This document shows, piece by piece, positions 60,301-63,449 of a DNA stretch of 63,449 nucleotides (positions within the stretch are counted from its first letter, which is position 1; each line of letters begins with the position of its first letter). A program made the position numbers and the translations under genes. The notes beneath the pieces are model-generated. The model was not told the DNA's origin, made no database searches, and saw only the letters and a program-made list of their open reading frames with translations. This DNA is from Octopus bimaculoides (taxonomy: Eukaryota), in NCBI RefSeq assembly GCF_001194135.2, contig NC_068982.1:182374389-182437837 (forward strand). Reading direction: 5' to 3'.

Positions 60301-61547
60301 AATTTTGAAATGACAATATAATATCAAACTTGCATTGTAACCAGACGTTTTCTGTATTAGGTACCGCAAAATAAATTTATTTTTAAACAACCAGAAGATT
60401 TGCCCGTGTTTAACAAGATTTACTGTAGAAACATAAAATACATGTAATATTGATGGTGTAAGTGTTTCACAGATTGTAATGTATAAACATGTATAAACTT
60501 TCGTATTCTTTCCATAGTTTGTTGATGAATACTGACACTCCGTCAGTTATGACAACGGGTGTTCTCAAAGTTAAATGCATAGAGGCCATCAAGATTACCG
60601 AAATGTCTGGAAATTAACAAATTAACGAAGGGTGAGCATTTGTATCCTACCTAAAATATCAGAAACTTGTAGAAATATCTAGATCATCGGTAAGATTATA
60701 GTAAGCTAACATTTATATTAATATTTCTCTAATATGGAAATAGGCAAAATTCATTTCTCCCGTTTATTTATTTCACATGGAAACTACATTTTAGTAATTT
60801 CTAGAGTTCTCTGACAAGGAATTTTCATTTGTATATAAACTCGTTTCCTGCATTACCTTACATGTTCCGATCGTTTTGCAACTAATATCTTGTGGTTGAC
60901 TACGATGTATTGTATTATTTGCAGTTAATATCATCCTCTACTGACTGAAAATGTGAAGAATGAGAGAAATATCTGTATTCCCGCTATGATCTTTTATTAA
61001 CTTTGAAAAATTATATCTTAATTTCTTCAGATTATTTCCGCTTTTCTTCCATATTCGCTAACAAGTGCCACTATGTATCTACATGTGGCATATATTATTT
61101 TATTAAATGTTAACTGTCAAATCGCAAATGCGCATATCAAGCAATTAAATACGGTAACAAGGTAATTTTAAACAAATGAATACGTTTTCACTGTGATATT
61201 GACGAGACGCTGCGAAATGGACAGTCAGCAGTCGATCACTTAGTTTAGTGACAGCGAAAGTATAAGAATGATGTGTGCTAAATTTTCTCATACTCAAATC
61301 GATTCCAACCCGTCGCATTCGTGCTGTTTTTTGTATAAAATGTATATTGTTTAATTGAATACAGACTCTCATAAACACATATAAGTAACTTAGTCATAAC
61401 AGTACGAATTTGTTATAAATCAGTTAACTACTCTGCCGATCGGGAATGAAGTGGGGTACTTTTACTCTGAAGAGTGGTTAGCAAACAGTGCAGAAAACTA
61501 CCAGGATCATTCCCCTTCTATTTTCTGCATATCAAAAGCGTAGAAGG

Positions 61548-61862
61548 TAGAGGCACAATGGCCCAGTGGTTAGGGCAGCAGACTCGTAGTAGGAGAATCG
61601 CGGTTTCGATTCACAGACACGGGCATTGTGGGTGTGTGTTTATGGAGCGAAAACACGAGGCTCCAGCAGGCGGTGTTGGTGACCCCTTTTGTACTCATTC
61701 GCCCCAACTTTCTCTCACTCTTTTTTCCTGTTTCTTGAGTAACGCTGCGATGTACTGGCGTCCTGTCCAGTTGCGTAGGCGAACACATATGCCATAGAAA
61801 CCGGGAAACTGGGACCATGGGCCTGGCTAGGCTTTAAAAGGGTGCATAAATAAAATAATGAT
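61548..61862 (+). mobile_element. Complete tRNA-derived SINE (family D) with 14-bp target-site duplication
   Basis: A-box TGGCCCAGTGG, B-box GGTTTCGATTC, A-rich tail; TSD AAAAGCGTAGAAGG at 61534-61547 and 61863-61876. Confidence 0.92.
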
Positions 61863-62799
61863 AAAAGCGTAGAAGGAATATTTTACATTCTTAAAGTTTC
61901 TCGACATAGCAACACGTTCCAAATGTCTAAATGTGTGTTTGTGTTCGTGTATCAGTAATTCACGTTCGATATGTAATATCTACTTTCTTCGTCCATAGAT
62001 ATTTACATTTCAAAGTGTATATACTTGTATGTGCATCTGTGCGCGCGTGTACCTGTATGTGCGCGCACGCTGATCTTTTTGTCCACGCGTGCCTGTGTGC
62101 GTTCCTGTGTGCGTGCGTGTGTACATAAGTGCTAAATACAAGTTTTTAGATAATATATATTCTATTTATAATTTTTGAAAATTTATTATCCGACAAGATT
62201 ACTTCATCAAGCATTTGAGGACGCTAGAATTTCACAGAATTAATCAAAGAGCATTCAGATTACATTGGCGAGTTCAAGGCTTTTTGAAACGGTGAATAAT
62301 TACAAAAGAATCTTCTCTGTTGAAGAAAAAACATTGGGCATAAATTATTTAGAACAGCTTAGAAACAGCTTGGTGCATTTCAAGTATTTTGGTTTGTTTG
62401 CTTTTTACCTGCTTTGTCTATTTTATTTTCCATTTCCTATATCCTGTTTCAGAGGCTGATTATCTAATGCATTCATGAAACATTTCTGAGAGTTGTCATA
62501 TCTTCGAAACAAGTCATGTTATATATATTAGGATATGATGCGAAAATGTTATTCCTTAGCACGTTTTTTCTTGCGTATTACATGAATAAAATCCACGCAT
62601 AGAATATCACATGAATTAAGATATTTTTTCATGCAATTCTTTGCTCTGAAATAATATAGCGGCTGATCCAAAACCAATTCATTCAAAGACATGAATTTTA
62701 GTATTATTTAACTCTTTTATGTAAGATAAAATGAAAAGCTAAAACAATTTATGCAGAAATATTTTACTTCTTTAAGTGCTTTTTTTCTTATTCAAACGA

Positions 62800-62885
62800 A
62801 TACATACATACATACATACATACATACATAAATACATACATATATACATACATACATACATACATACATACATACACACATATAT
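62800..62885. repeat. (TACA)n microsatellite (tail of the adjacent SINE)
   Basis: Direct reading. Confidence 0.95.
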
Positions 62886-63246
62886 GGCACTTCGTCGGTT
62901 ACGACGACGAGGGTTCCAGATGATCCGATCAACGGAACAGCATCCTCGTAAAATTAACGTGCAAATGGGTGAGCACTCCGCAGACACGTGTACTCGGGGG
63001 CATTCATCGTGACACAAAGGGGACAAAGCTGGCCCTTTGAAATACAGGTAGAACAGAAACAGGAAGAGTGAGAGAAAGTTGCGGTGAAAGAGTACAGCAG
63101 GGTTCACTACCAACCCTAGCCGGAGTTTCGTGGAGCTTTAGGTGTTCTCGCTCAATAATCACTTACAACGCCTGGTCTGGGAATCGAAATCGCGATTCTA
63201 TGACCGGGAGTCCGCTACCGTAACCACTTGGCCTTTGCACCTCCAC
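62886..63246 (-). mobile_element. Complete tRNA-derived SINE sharing head and body with family D but with a different 3' half
   Basis: Reverse complement: gtggaggtgcaaaggccaagtggtt..gatttcgattccc..caactttctctcactcttcctgtttct, then a distinct tail ending gaagtgcc(atgt)n. Confidence 0.88.
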
Positions 63247-63360
63247 ACACACACACACACACACATGCAGACACACATTATGGCAACAGAAGAATGAATG
63301 AGACATTGATACTATGTAAATAGAGAAATTTATGTATATCTAACTCTCAATCTATCTATC

Positions 63361-63404
<44 letters not shown>

Positions 63405-63449
63405 GTGGGGGGGGTGATGTGTGTGTGTGTGTGTGTGCATGTATATATA
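63244..63449. repeat. (CA)n and (GT)n microsatellites
   Basis: Direct reading. Confidence 0.85.

Noticed and set aside
61468-61510. CTGAAGAG...GAAAACTACCAG as a second hammerhead
   Set aside because: Stem II lacks the closing pair and stems I and III do not form.
61548-61640. A and B boxes as a functional tRNA gene (also 63150-63246 and 55495-55555)
   Set aside because: No cloverleaf or terminator; they continue into SINE bodies, and one has a TSD.
3-63113. Many ORFs of the VCVC, THTH, YLSI, IYIY, poly-I, poly-L and poly-S type
   Set aside because: They are translations of di-, tri- and tetranucleotide microsatellites.

Overview
AT-rich, microsatellite-dense animal genomic DNA with about a dozen N gaps. 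The SINE families look like those of octopus (Octopus sp.); this is recognised from memory and not verified. No intact host protein-coding exon, tRNA, rRNA or CRISPR array could be supported, so the window reads as intronic or intergenic. It is a mosaic of decayed mobile elements: a Penelope-like RT (3.3-5.2 kb), five or six mariner remnants, one DD37D maT transposon, a Buster/Charlie hAT, a piggyBac cysteine-rich tail, more than 20 SINE copies, and eight fragments of R4/Dong-type restriction-endonuclease LINEs, most abutting (TAA)n tracts on their own strand. The most notable signal is a non-coding unit of about 735 bp at 55556-56290. It carries a complete type I minimal hammerhead ribozyme (56068-56123, palindromic stem III), a direct terminal repeat with 565-bp period and an inverted 85-bp 5' tail, which is the architecture of a Penelope-mobilised, retrozyme-like element. 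Most long ORFs in the track are artefacts of N gaps or simple repeats.
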